A stretch of DNA of 53,025 nucleotides from Parcubacteria group bacterium (GTDB lineage Bacteria; Patescibacteriota; Minisyncoccia; Phycocordibacterales; UBA2100). The notes below the pieces were generated by a model, which had not been told where the DNA came from, did no database searches, and saw nothing but the letters and a program-made list of their open reading frames with translations. Shown here one piece after another: positions 1 through 9,489 of the stretch. The DNA lies in NCBI GenBank assembly GCA_943358385.1, contig CALRGX010000007.1, forward strand, positions 1-53,025, in the 5' to 3' direction. Made by a program: the position numbers and the translations under genes. Numbering within the stretch: position 1 is the stretch's first letter; the number at the start of each line of letters is the position of its first letter.

Positions 1-224
1 GCGAGTCCGCGAGCGTGTCCAAGGCGCATTGTATCGCTTCACCACGCAATCGGAGCGTACGAGGCAGTTTCAAGCCACCACGCGCTCCGCGCGTGCGAAG
101 TCAGGGGTTCTGCTCGAAATGGGTTCTAACTTTTTCAAACAAACACCACTGCTTCGCCAAGGCTTCGCAGTGCAAGCACTTGCACGCGAAGGTTGTTCAC
201 ATTGACTGCGCGCCTGCAAGCACA

Positions 225-253
225 TTGACATACAGTGTTGTGCAGTGTATAAT
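225..253 (+). promoter_or_regulatory. sigma70-type promoter, perfect consensus
   Basis: TTGACA (225-230), 17-nt spacer, TATAAT (248-253), upstream of the ATG at 290. Confidence 0.85.
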
Positions 254-289
254 ATACTTAGGTATCTCAAACAGAAGGAACTAAACGTA

Positions 290-574
290 ATGTCTCACGA
301 ATCACTCGAGGCGGGCATCGCCAGAATCGACGCAATCAAGAAGAAAGAAGGGTGCTTTCTGAACAGGTACGCCGGCTGCATTTTCGCTGGTTGCCTGACT
401 CTTTCTGTAGCGGCCGGTCTGGTGCCTCAGTTTTTTGTATCCAACTGGGAGCTGGGCGGGGCTGTAGGGGTCGCGGTCTTTGGTGTGACCTTCCTCCTTG
501 CAGCACTCATCCTGCACATCGAGCGCTGGTGGCATGGAGTGGGCCCGTTCTTCTCGAAACACCCATTGACGTAA
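290..574 (+). CDS. small hypothetical membrane protein (2 predicted TM helices)
   Basis: ORF MSHESLEAG...; AAGGA SD-like site upstream; two hydrophobic stretches; bracketed by a promoter and a terminator hairpin. Confidence 0.7.
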   Translation: MSHESLEAGIARIDAIKKKEGCFLNRYAGCIFAGCLTLSVAAGLVPQFFVSNWELGGAVGVAVFGVTFLLAALILHIERWWHGVGPFFSKHPLT

Positions 575-596
575 GGCGCCAACCTGGCGCCACTAA

Positions 597-621
597 AAGC
601 CCTGCACGCTGTGCAGGGCTT
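597..621 (+). terminator. intrinsic terminator-like hairpin
   Basis: AAGCCCTGCAC-gct-GTGCAGGGCTT 11-bp stem just after the stop at 574. Confidence 0.65.
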
Positions 622-705
622 ACTCTATTCTCTATACTGCATTACTCCTTTTTTTCAAGCGCACGTACAGTACCCAGGTTCAAAAAGGCCCTATATACTC
701 TGCCC

Positions 706-1395
706 ATGCCACATACCCGCCTGGTTCTGATTGCCCTATTCATTCTCCTTATATCTGTTGCCGTTCAGGTGCGAGCACATCAAAGTGCAGGGACCGCACG
801 CATTCATGCCACCCATTTTGCCGCTCGATTTGGCTTGGTGCGCATGCAGTGGATTACCCGTGGTGCAGAGATATCAGGCGAGCTATTTACGCCTACCGAA
901 GCAAGCGATCCGTACCCTGCCGGTGGCTCGCTTCTACTGGTGGAACCACTCGATGGCCCTACATGGGTATGTGCCAGCGTTGTTGCGGCATCCACCAGTT
1001 CATCTACGATGACGAGCTCAAAGACTGCACTCGCATTGTGGCCTGACACTGATACCACCATCGGCACCCCTGGTGACAACGTCTGGCAAGGTAGTGCACT
1101 CGAGCCACTTTACCTCGCGACCGACGACACGGCGGCACTGCGCCAACCCTCCGCGTTTGCACTTGCAGATGGATTGGAGCACGAGCCTCTTGCTGTTGAT
1201 AGTCAGTTATATGTTGCCTCGCGTTGGTGTGCAGGTAGTCTAAAAATTTCAGACACCAGCATGAGCTGCACCCCACACACACGAGCAACTGGCGAGCATG
1301 CTACTCCAACTGGCGCACTTATCACCCTGCATGGCACCTTTGCACAAAAGGGCATCGATTTTCGATGCCCTTCGTCTGCGCCCACTGTTCAATAA
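706..1395 (+). CDS. hypothetical exported protein
   Basis: Start reassigned to MPHTRLVLIALF (signal-peptide/TM-like N-terminus); TATACT 6 nt upstream of the ATG; no family recognised. Confidence 0.6.
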   Translation: MPHTRLVLIALFILLISVAVQVRAHQSAGTARIHATHFAARFGLVRMQWITRGAEISGELFTPTEASDPYPAGGSLLLVEPLDGPTWVCASVVAASTSSSTMTSSKTALALWPDTDTTIGTPGDNVWQGSALEPLYLATDDTAALRQPSAFALADGLEHEPLAVDSQLYVASRWCAGSLKISDTSMSCTPHTRATGEHATPTGALITLHGTFAQKGIDFRCPSSAPTVQ

Positions 1396-1399
1396 CGAC

Positions 1400-1915
1400 C
1401 TAGTCGTTTGCGACGAGTGGTAGTGACCCGAGGAAATCCGCTTTACCAATGGGCACACCGGCGTTACGCAAAATAGCGTACGCAATTGCTACGTGGAAGA
1501 AAAAGTTAGGCACTAAATATTCTTGCGTGTAGTTGGCACCGGTCATGTGTTGCCCAGGATAGTACTTCAATTCAATTTTTCGATCTGCCGCGCCGTCAAA
1601 ATCGGCTGCAGCAAGAGGGGAGAGCAGCTCGATTGTTTTGGTGATGCGCTCGTGCAATTCGGCAAAACTTGCTTCGTTATCTGCAAACGATGGCATTTCC
1701 TTTCCCGTCAGTCGCGCCACACCCAGTCGTGCATTGTCTGTGGCAATCTGAACCTGCTTAGCAAATGGGAACATGTCCGGCGCAAGGCGCGCCGTTTGAG
1801 GAAATGGTGCATGCATTTCCGCCGCTACATGTGCCTCTGCTTTTGAAATCTGACTATCTAAATTCTTTAATGCTTTGATAAAAACGGGAACGGTCTGGTC
1901 GAATAGATGTTGCAT
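1400..1915 (-). CDS. DUF1993 family protein
   Basis: Motifs ARLAPDMFPFAKQVQIATD and YLVPNFFFHVAIAYAILRNAGVPIGKADFLG are typical of DUF1993. Confidence 0.85.
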   Translation of the reverse strand: MQHLFDQTVPVFIKALKNLDSQISKAEAHVAAEMHAPFPQTARLAPDMFPFAKQVQIATDNARLGVARLTGKEMPSFADNEASFAELHERITKTIELLSPLAAADFDGAADRKIELKYYPGQHMTGANYTQEYLVPNFFFHVAIAYAILRNAGVPIGKADFLGSLPLVAND

Positions 1916-1998
1916 ACGTCTGTGCTAGTTATTATCTCTGTAGCATACGGACGTGGAGAAAGAACACCAGAGGAAAACTTCCTTGCTACAATTCTTGC

Positions 1999-3225
1999 AT
2001 GTCTGCAAATGACGCATCTGCGTTGCGCTATCCTGCCCGAGAGCTCATGGCACTCTATCTCCATCGCACTATTGTGCGTCTAGGGCTGGGTGTCACCGGC
2101 ACCTTCACCGTCGTGTTCTTCTACCAATTTTTCGGCGAATCGGTTTTAGGCGCGCTTCTTTCTTACATTGCCATCTTTACTGGTACCGCTCTCTTAACTC
2201 CTTGGGGCGCGTCTTTCCTAAATCATGTAGGCATTCGCGGCACCATGCTTCGTGCAATTCCCCTTTTGGCACTCGCCGCGTGCACGCTTGCTCTCGCATC
2301 GGTGTACGATCCTGCCAATCCCCAGGCATTCCTCATTGTCTTAATATCTATCGTTGGTACGTTCTTGTATCGCGCGCTCTACTGGGTGCCCTATAGCGTG
2401 GGAATTTCTGAAACCCTCACCCCAGGAAGTGAAGGCAGACAGGTGGCGACGCTTACCAACCTGGCCGACATTCTGGTCGCTGCCATGCCATTGATTGGCG
2501 GACTCGTTCTATCGACCGAAAGTTTTCAAATGCTTTTCCTCATCGGTGGGGCACTCTTTGCTCTTAGCGCCGTGCCGCTCTTCTTTATCCCAAATCGATA
2601 CGAATGCTTTAGTTGGGACACCAGGGAAACATTTCGTCAGCTTCTGAATCCAGACATGCGCCCCATGGTGTATGCGACCGTGGGTGACGGTATTCAATTT
2701 GGCGTATTGGCCGTAGTGTGGCCGCTCCTTATTTTTCTTCTACTTGGTGGCGACTATGAGACCGTCGGTGCGGTGACGACGCTCACCCTCATTGCTACGT
2801 TACTTTTGCGCTCACTTGTCGGGAGATACATGGACCGTCTGCGTGGCAGCCCGGCCATCCTGTACTGGGGCGTCTTTTTTAGTGCCACGGGCTGGCTCTT
2901 TAAAGCTTTCGTGGTCACTCCATTTCAGGTAATAGTTGTTGACACCTATCATGGGCTAGGCCAGGCGGTCTACCGCACCTCGGTGGACGTATTCACCTAC
3001 GAACAAGCGGCAGATAACGGTTCCTACATCGACGAATACACCGCACTCAAGGAAGTGGCGCTCAATGTGGGTCGTGCAGCCGGCCTTTTGGTGGTCGCAT
3101 TATGTGTCGCTCTGTTTGGAGTCGCTGCGGGCTTCACCGTCGGCATACTCTTTGCGGCAACGGCGACCATCGCAGCCACACTTCTTTCGCAACAGCAACT
3201 CTTGGCGAAGGCAAGTAAGCGATAA
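1999..3225 (+). CDS. MFS-type transporter
   Basis: 408 aa, about 12 hydrophobic segments, GRYMDRL loop resembling the MFS motif A repeat. Confidence 0.75.
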   Translation: MSANDASALRYPARELMALYLHRTIVRLGLGVTGTFTVVFFYQFFGESVLGALLSYIAIFTGTALLTPWGASFLNHVGIRGTMLRAIPLLALAACTLALASVYDPANPQAFLIVLISIVGTFLYRALYWVPYSVGISETLTPGSEGRQVATLTNLADILVAAMPLIGGLVLSTESFQMLFLIGGALFALSAVPLFFIPNRYECFSWDTRETFRQLLNPDMRPMVYATVGDGIQFGVLAVVWPLLIFLLLGGDYETVGAVTTLTLIATLLLRSLVGRYMDRLRGSPAILYWGVFFSATGWLFKAFVVTPFQVIVVDTYHGLGQAVYRTSVDVFTYEQAADNGSYIDEYTALKEVALNVGRAAGLLVVALCVALFGVAAGFTVGILFAATATIAATLLSQQQLLAKASKR

Positions 3226-3396
3226 TTTTGATAGAACGGTCCAGGAACATCATTCTTTCCAGAGTACGGGATTCGCTAGCACCTATGACGCAGTAATTGA
3301 CAATACCATTAATAATGTTATTTTGTAAAAAGGTTTAGTTCGATTCCATGCGTTGTGCACTAACATGCACGATTCAAGCAACAGGAGCAGGAAAGA

Positions 3397-3702
3397 ATGA
3401 AAGACTCAAATCAGGATGGGGCCGAGTATCTCAGCCAGTTTTCTGAGGACGGGCAAGAGATCATCACAAACCTATGGCACATTCAAACGGGAGAGACGGT
3501 GATCTACCATGTGGGGAAACTGACCCCTGAGGGTGAGGCTTTCGCGGACGCCAGTCGCTACCGTCTCCAAAGCGGTGGGTCAGACCATGAGCTCAAGGAA
3601 ATCAAACGGCACGCCTTAGAGGCGGTCGATGATGGTCGCTGCAAACTTTTTCAAATTATGATTTCGGAAAATCAGTCAGTCTACGCGGCCATTGGAATCT
3701 AG
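3397..3702 (+). CDS. hypothetical protein (101 aa)
   Basis: Clean ORF with AGGAG SD, TTGACA at 3297 upstream and a terminator hairpin downstream. Confidence 0.7.
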   Translation: MKDSNQDGAEYLSQFSEDGQEIITNLWHIQTGETVIYHVGKLTPEGEAFADASRYRLQSGGSDHELKEIKRHALEAVDDGRCKLFQIMISENQSVYAAIGI

Positions 3703-3721
3703 GCCGACGATTGACACTCTT

Positions 3722-3745
3722 AAGGCGGCACCATGTGCCGCCTTT
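3722..3745 (+). terminator. intrinsic terminator hairpin
   Basis: AAGGCGGCAC-cat-GTGCCGCCTT followed by T. Confidence 0.65.
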
Positions 3746-3832
3746 AACAATACCTTGTGGCAAAACCAGAAATTCTACGTTTGCAGATGATTTGGGGCGT
3801 TGTCCTACAAAGGACAGCTCGAACCCTAGCCA

Positions 3833-4285
3833 CTATTTCAACAATTCCGAAATCACTTCCTTCACTACTGCACCATCAGCGTTGCCACCAAGTACCTTCA
3901 TCGTTTGCCCGATGAGGATGCCCATTTTTGATGCGTCTTTGCCTTGCGCTTCCACTACCTGCTTGGCCGCAGCTTCCACTTGCTCGCGTGATGCCATTTG
4001 TGGCAAGTAGCTCTCGATGATGACAAGCTCGGCGAGCTCTTTCTGTGCGAGCTCGGGGCGGCCACCTTTTTCGAATTGTTCGGCTGAGTCTTTGCGCTGC
4101 TTTGCCAGACGCTTGAGCACTGCGAGCGCGAGAGCATCGTCAGCAGGGTCGGTAGGCTTTTTCCCAGTGGCGATCAGCTCGTTCGTAATACTGGTCATAG
4201 CCCCACGCAGCGTGTCTCGCTTCAGCTCATCCTTTGCGCGCATTGCATCGCGCATGTCGTTCTTAATTTGTTCTTGGAGTTGCAT
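3833..4285 (-). CDS. GatB/YqeY domain protein
   Basis: MQLQEQIKNDMRDAMRAKDELK...KQRKDSAEQFEKGGRPELAQKELAELVIIESYLP is the YqeY signature; start reassigned to 4285. Confidence 0.9.
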   Translation of the reverse strand: MQLQEQIKNDMRDAMRAKDELKRDTLRGAMTSITNELIATGKKPTDPADDALALAVLKRLAKQRKDSAEQFEKGGRPELAQKELAELVIIESYLPQMASREQVEAAAKQVVEAQGKDASKMGILIGQTMKVLGGNADGAVVKEVISELLK

Positions 4286-4367
4286 ATACCCACATGGTAT
4301 CAGCAGGAATCCACGCAGGGAAGTAACTGCGCAGTATACGCGCCGTTCGGGACTGTATACTGACGCC

Positions 4368-7019
4368 ATGCAACAACATCCCTGGCACAGCATGGGGGCG
4401 CTTGACGTGGTGCACGCCCTCGACACTACCACTGAAGGTCTTCCCGTGGCGGAAGCAAAAGCACGCTTACTACGTGATGGACGCAACGAAATTCCTAAGC
4501 CGCATTCGTTTCGTCTAGGCAAGCTCATCTGGAATCAAGTAAAGAGCCCACTTGCCATCGTCCTTCTATTGGCAGGATTTGCGACCTTGCTTTTGGGTGA
4601 ATGGGTTGATGCCGGCGTCATTGCTACTGCGCTCATACTCAACGCGCTTTTGGGCATCTACCAGGAAGGCCGTGCGTCACGTGTTTTTGACGAGCTTACG
4701 CGCTCACTCATTCATGATGCAACGGTGTTTAGAAACGGCGAGCAGATGCTCGTCCCATCGTACGAGCTGGTGGTGGGCGACATCGTATCTCTGATGGGTG
4801 GAAAGATTGTGCCTGCAGACATGCGCCTAACGGAAGTCTTTGATCTGCAGATTAATGAATCTGCATTCACAGGAGAATGGAAAGCGGTAAAGAAGCACAT
4901 TGACCCTGTAGCTGAAACCGCCCGTGACCCAGAAAAGCTTTGCATCGCCTGGGGCGGCACTATCGTTGCTCAAGGCGCCGGAAAAGGAGTGGTGGTGTCC
5001 ACTGGTGCACAATCGGCATTCGGCAGGCTCGCGCGCGCGACCATGGCAGTAGATGATTCAGAGACACCTCTTTTACAAAGCGTGAAGCGCTTGGCTCGCG
5101 CGATGATGGTCTTGATTGGTGCGGTATTAATTCTGGTCGTCGTCACGGGCCTTGTGCGTGGAGAGACGCTCGGCACGATGCTTTTGATTGCGATCGCTGT
5201 TGCCGTAGCTGCTATGCCTGAAGGATTACCTGCCGCAGTCACAGTGGTGTTGGCAGTGGCGATGGAAGCTGTATTGAAAAAGGGTGGGTTGGTGAAGAGC
5301 TTGCTCGCCGCAGAGACACTTGGGTCTACCACCGTCATCCTCACTGACAAAACAGGCACTCTCACTGAAGGAAATATGTCTGCCGTTGGTTTCTATAGCG
5401 CACGCGGCATATCTCAGAACGACGCGACACCGCAATTCGCTGACAACATACACATTGTTCGTGGGGCTGTATTTGCATCAGACGCATTTATCGAGCAAGT
5501 GGATGGCGTTGCTGTGGTTCGCGGCCGGCCAGTTGAAAAAGCTATGGTAGAAGCAGGGCAGCGCATTGGTTGCACCAAAGAGGGAGAATCTGGTATTTCG
5601 TTCAACCGCATCGACTTCATGCAATTTGAGTCTGCGCGTCGCTATGCGGGTTCGCTAAACAAAGAAGCAGACGGCACACATCGAGTATATTTGTCCGGCG
5701 CACCAGAGAAACTTCTGGAAGTTGCAACACACGTGGCTGTTGCAAACGGCGAGCGACAGATTGATGAGGCACAGCGCACTCAATTTACCACCGTCACCTC
5801 TACAGGAGCGCAGTTGGGTAGAAAATTTATTGGAGTCGCGTATGCACACGTGGATCACGCATCTATTCCCGAAGATATTCGCTCAGGCAAGCCAAAGAAA
5901 CTGGTTTTTCTCGGCCTCGTGGCACTGGCTGATGCCGTGCGTGCAGATGTACCTGCAGAAATAGAACGCGCACGCCAATCGGGGGCACGCGTCATTATGG
6001 TAACGGGTGACTATCCCGAAACGGCACGCGCAGTGGCACACGAGGCGGGCATCTCCAAAGAAGGTGCCGAGCTCATCACGGGGAGCGAAATTGAGCACAT
6101 GGATGATGAGGCGCTGTATGCAGCACTGATGAAAGTACATATCGTGGCTCGTGTGTTGCCCGAACAAAAACTGCGCATCGTTACTCTGTTGCGCAAGCAC
6201 GGCGAAGTAGTAGCAATGACCGGTGATGGGGTCAACGATGCGCCCGCACTCATGGCCGCGGATATTGGCGTTGCAGTTGGAAGTGGTACCGATGTGGCAA
6301 AAGCTGCGAGCGACGTGGTGCTTTTAAACAATACGTTCTCCACTATTACCGCCGCCATCCTCGAGGGGCGCCGCGCCGTCGACAACTTACGCAAGGCAGT
6401 GCTGTACCTACTGTCGACCAGTGTGAGTGAAATTGTGATTATTGCTGGATCGGTCGCGGCAGGTTTGCCTCTGCCATTGTTACCAACACAGCTTTTGTGG
6501 ACCAACATTATCCAAGAAGGATTCATGAGCGCGCCGTATGCGTTTGAGCCTGCAGAACCTGACGCTATGACTCGCCGCCCGCATGGTATCCACGAAGCAA
6601 TCCTTACTGCGCACCTACGTACACTCATTATAGTCATTAGTACCGTGGGCGGCAGTTTGTTGTTCGCGTTCTACATTTTTGCGTACTCTTCTTTAGACTT
6701 GCCGATTGAAAAAGTGCGCACCCTGGTGTTCGCCGCACTTTCCATTACTGCGCTGAGCTACGCACTGTCACTCAAAGATATTCATCGCCCACTTTGGCGG
6801 ATCCAGCTCTTCAACAACCCCGCACTCATCTACGGACTATTGGCGAGTCTGGGTATTCTCGTACTCTCACTCACGATTCCTCCTTTGCGTGCACTGCTGT
6901 CGCTGACTCCCCTCAATTCGAATGACGTGATTCTGTTGGTGACCTTTGCGGTCGTTAGTGTGACCGCAATCGAGATATCTAAGGTTGTCGCACGCCAATT
7001 TGCTGTTGCTCATCGATAA
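4368..7019 (+). CDS. P-type cation-transporting ATPase (type II-like)
   Basis: DKTGTLT phosphorylation motif, PEGL, TGDY, GDGVNDAPAL; start reassigned to MQQHPW with TATACT 6 nt upstream. Confidence 0.92.
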   Translation: MQQHPWHSMGALDVVHALDTTTEGLPVAEAKARLLRDGRNEIPKPHSFRLGKLIWNQVKSPLAIVLLLAGFATLLLGEWVDAGVIATALILNALLGIYQEGRASRVFDELTRSLIHDATVFRNGEQMLVPSYELVVGDIVSLMGGKIVPADMRLTEVFDLQINESAFTGEWKAVKKHIDPVAETARDPEKLCIAWGGTIVAQGAGKGVVVSTGAQSAFGRLARATMAVDDSETPLLQSVKRLARAMMVLIGAVLILVVVTGLVRGETLGTMLLIAIAVAVAAMPEGLPAAVTVVLAVAMEAVLKKGGLVKSLLAAETLGSTTVILTDKTGTLTEGNMSAVGFYSARGISQNDATPQFADNIHIVRGAVFASDAFIEQVDGVAVVRGRPVEKAMVEAGQRIGCTKEGESGISFNRIDFMQFESARRYAGSLNKEADGTHRVYLSGAPEKLLEVATHVAVANGERQIDEAQRTQFTTVTSTGAQLGRKFIGVAYAHVDHASIPEDIRSGKPKKLVFLGLVALADAVRADVPAEIERARQSGARVIMVTGDYPETARAVAHEAGISKEGAELITGSEIEHMDDEALYAALMKVHIVARVLPEQKLRIVTLLRKHGEVVAMTGDGVNDAPALMAADIGVAVGSGTDVAKAASDVVLLNNTFSTITAAILEGRRAVDNLRKAVLYLLSTSVSEIVIIAGSVAAGLPLPLLPTQLLWTNIIQEGFMSAPYAFEPAEPDAMTRRPHGIHEAILTAHLRTLIIVISTVGGSLLFAFYIFAYSSLDLPIEKVRTLVFAALSITALSYALSLKDIHRPLWRIQLFNNPALIYGLLASLGILVLSLTIPPLRALLSLTPLNSNDVILLVTFAVVSVTAIEISKVVARQFAVAHR

Positions 7020-7043
7020 TAGTGCGCGTGATAGAATACCGCC

Positions 7044-8084
7044 ATGGAAATTGGCCTCATCATTGTTGGCGTACTCATTCTAGTGGCACTTGGTGTCGCC
7101 GCGTATTTTCTCGCCCAGCTAACCAAAAAAGGTGAGGATGGCGCCGGCATGCAGCTGATGCAGCAGGAATTACAGGACATTCGACGCACATTGGATGCAA
7201 AAATAGGGGAAAGTGCACGTGATATGCGTGAGTCGCTAAAAACCCAACTCGGTGAATCAACCCGTATTGTGCGTGAAGTGACGGAAGGACTCACCAAATT
7301 GGGAGAAACAAACCGCCAAGTGGTTTCTTTCGCAGAAGAATTACGCAATCTTCAGGATGTGCTCCAGAACCCGAAGCAGCGCGGTATTTTAGGCGAGTAC
7401 TATCTCGAAACGGTGCTCCAAAATGTCTTGCCACCAAAAAGCTACGCGATGCAGTATGCCTTTTCTAATGGGGAGATTGTGGACGCAGTCGTGTTTGTCA
7501 AAGACCGCGTCATTCCAATCGATTCAAAATTTTCACTGGAAAACTACAATCGCCTGCTGGAAACCCGCGACCCCGCAGAGCGTGTGCGCATTGAAAAGCT
7601 GTTTAAGCAAGATTTGAAGAATCGCATCGATGAGACCAGCAAGTACGTGCGTCCGTCGGAAAATACGATGGAATTTGCTTTCATGTTCATTCCCTCAGAA
7701 GGGGTCTACTACGACCTTTTGGTTGGTGTCGTCGGAACCGGCGTCTCGGCACGCGACTTGGTGGAGTATGCCTTTTCGAAGAAAGTGATTATAGTGTCGC
7801 CCACTTCTTTCTTGGCATACTTGCAGACCGTCATGCAAGGCTTGAAAGCATTGCAGATAGAAGAATCCGCGAAAGAGATTCGCAAACAGGTGGAAGACCT
7901 AGGGCGTCACATCATCAAATTTGAAGACTACTATCAAAAGATAGGAAATACGCTCTCAACCACCGTAAATCACTACAATGCTGGCTATAAAGAGCTCGGT
8001 AAAATGGACAAAGACGTTCTGAAGATGACGGGAGAGCGTCCGGGGGTAGAGCCGGAGTTACTCGCGCTTCCAGATCGAGAGTAA
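7044..8084 (+). CDS. rmuC: DNA recombination protein RmuC
   Basis: N-terminal TM plus coiled coil, RGILGEYYLE, IPIDSKFSLENY, FAFMFIPSE, SPTSFLAYL. Confidence 0.9.
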   Translation: MEIGLIIVGVLILVALGVAAYFLAQLTKKGEDGAGMQLMQQELQDIRRTLDAKIGESARDMRESLKTQLGESTRIVREVTEGLTKLGETNRQVVSFAEELRNLQDVLQNPKQRGILGEYYLETVLQNVLPPKSYAMQYAFSNGEIVDAVVFVKDRVIPIDSKFSLENYNRLLETRDPAERVRIEKLFKQDLKNRIDETSKYVRPSENTMEFAFMFIPSEGVYYDLLVGVVGTGVSARDLVEYAFSKKVIIVSPTSFLAYLQTVMQGLKALQIEESAKEIRKQVEDLGRHIIKFEDYYQKIGNTLSTTVNHYNAGYKELGKMDKDVLKMTGERPGVEPELLALPDRE

Positions 8085-8096
8085 GCAATTATAATC

Positions 8097-8121
8097 AAAG
8101 TCCGCCATTACGACGGACTTT
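8097..8121. terminator. bidirectional terminator-like hairpin between convergent genes
   Basis: AAAGTCCG...CGGACTTT stem between rmuC and the PadR-like gene. Confidence 0.55.
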
Positions 8122-8148
8122 CGTGATCGATAGTAGCCGCATGAGCCA

Positions 8149-8508
8149 TCAGAACTTGGGTCCAGCTTTTGCCAGCATTTCGTAGTAGGAAACAGCTTCC
8201 TTGAGTCTTGCGAGCCCATCGGGCGTGATAGTGTACAGTTTCACCTTGTAGTTCGTACCGCCAATAGCGGTCGCATCCGCAGACTTTAAGAAACCTCGTT
8301 TTTCAAGGCGGATAAGTGTGACATGCACTTGAGGGAGATCAATCGGTTGATCGAAGTAATACTCGTTCACATCCTTCTCAAGTAGGGCGGCGTAGCATTC
8401 ATCTACTGGCAAACGATAAATGATGCACATGACCAAATAGCTAAATGTCCCAAGCACACGTGTTCGCTGCGGCTTATGACGAGATGGTCTGGTGACAGGT
8501 GGGTTCAT
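8149..8508 (-). CDS. PadR-like winged-helix transcriptional regulator
   Basis: VHVTLIRLEKRGFLKS...KVKLYTITPDGLARL resembles the PadR recognition helix and wing; GGAG SD 7 nt before the ATG at 8508. Confidence 0.7.
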   Translation of the reverse strand: MNPPVTRPSRHKPQRTRVLGTFSYLVMCIIYRLPVDECYAALLEKDVNEYYFDQPIDLPQVHVTLIRLEKRGFLKSADATAIGGTNYKVKLYTITPDGLARLKEAVSYYEMLAKAGPKF

Positions 8509-8546
8509 CAAGAGTCTCCATGGAAAGCTTTTTAAACACCGCCCGC

Positions 8547-8576
8547 ACTCTAGTTCGAGATACAGGGGCCTGTCAA
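8547..8576 (-). promoter_or_regulatory. sigma70-type promoter for the PadR-like gene
   Basis: Minus strand TTGACA (8576-8571), 18 nt, TAGAGT (8552-8547). Confidence 0.5.
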
Positions 8577-8634
8577 CATGCGGCACCCTAAGCAATTTGC
8601 AAAAAAGTACCAGAAAGGCTATACTCCCAGCGTT

Positions 8635-8943
8635 ATGTCAAAAACAGCAGTCATCAAGACCGGAGGCAAGCAGTACGTCGTCAAGGAAGGCGATGTGTTG
8701 AATGTTGAGAAACTTATCGTAGACAAGACCGTCACTTTTGACGAGGTATTGCTCGTTGACGACGCTGGAAAGACTACCCTCGGCACTCCAATGGTAAAAG
8801 GGACAAAAGTTACCGCTGATGTCCTGGAACAGGGCCGCGCAGCAAAAGTAATCGTCATCAAATACCGAGCCAAAAGCCGTTACTTCAAGAAGAATGGCCA
8901 CCGCCAGCCTTTCACGAAAGTAAAAATCACCAAGATTGGTTAG
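8635..8943 (+). CDS. rplU: 50S ribosomal protein L21
   Basis: [15 protein letters not shown]...[11 protein letters not shown]; start reassigned to 8635. Confidence 0.97.
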   Translation: MSKTAVIKTGGKQYVVKEGDVLNVEKLIVDKTVTFDEVLLVDDAGKTTLGTPMVKGTKVTADVLEQGRAAKVIVIKYRAKSRYFKKNGHRQPFTKVKITKIG

Positions 8944-8961
8944 TGTCTTCAATCATGCAGT

Positions 8962-8987
8962 AAAAAGAACCCATAGGGGTTCTTTTT
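8962..8987. terminator. bidirectional intrinsic terminator
   Basis: AAAAAGAACCC-atag-GGGTTCTTTTT after rplU. Confidence 0.8.
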
Positions 8988-9010
8988 CGTTATTAATGAA
9001 GCACAGTGAA

Positions 9011-9031
9011 GGCCGGCGCACTGCGCCGGCC
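9011..9031 (-). terminator. GC-rich hairpin after the HIT gene
   Basis: GGCCGGCGC-act-GCGCCGGCC immediately downstream of the stop at 9040. Confidence 0.5.
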
Positions 9032-9039
9032 TCGAATCT

Positions 9040-9489
9040 TCACGCACCCAACTCTTCCATTGCCTCACGGAGATCATTGCGCAGCAGTACTAGAAACTCC
9101 CGTTCAACCACACTCGACTTGTACGGCGCATAGTTGCCCAATGGATTTGCGTCCGTAAAGAACTTTCCGCGCCAGCGACGCGCTTCGCTATAACGCGGAA
9201 TGAGGTGCCAATGCCCATGCCCACCATGTTCGTGCGTCACGTTGCACAACCACGCGTGGTTGAATCGCGTCGGTTGCCAGAGTGAGGTGACGGCCTTTTC
9301 CCACAGGGCGGCAATCAGTATCGACTCATCGCGTTCTTCTACTGAAAGCACGGTTGGACTGACGGCATTGCCGCGTTTGCGTCGCCACAAGACCGACCTA
9401 CCTAAGTAGGCCTGGTCTAAATGGATTCGCAAATGCCAATGCGGATAGCTGAGAATGTTGGTGATGCGGTAGTCTGCACGCTTCTTCAT
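9040..9489 (-). CDS. HIT family nucleotide hydrolase
   Basis: HGHWHLIPRY histidine-triad motif; AGGAG SD; TTGCCA-17-CATAGT promoter at 9544-9516. Confidence 0.8.
   Translation of the reverse strand: MKKRADYRITNILSYPHWHLRIHLDQAYLGRSVLWRRKRGNAVSPTVLSVEERDESILIAALWEKAVTSLWQPTRFNHAWLCNVTHEHGGHGHWHLIPRYSEARRWRGKFFTDANPLGNYAPYKSSVVEREFLVLLRNDLREAMEELGA

Noticed and set aside
1-290. ORFs 15-284 and 70-270
   Set aside because: They overlap the promoter and stem-loop region and show no protein motif. The window may start in the tail of an unrecognised gene.
3338-3346. GTTCGATTC resembling a tRNA T-loop
   Set aside because: The flanks do not form a T-stem and there is no acceptor or anticodon arm.
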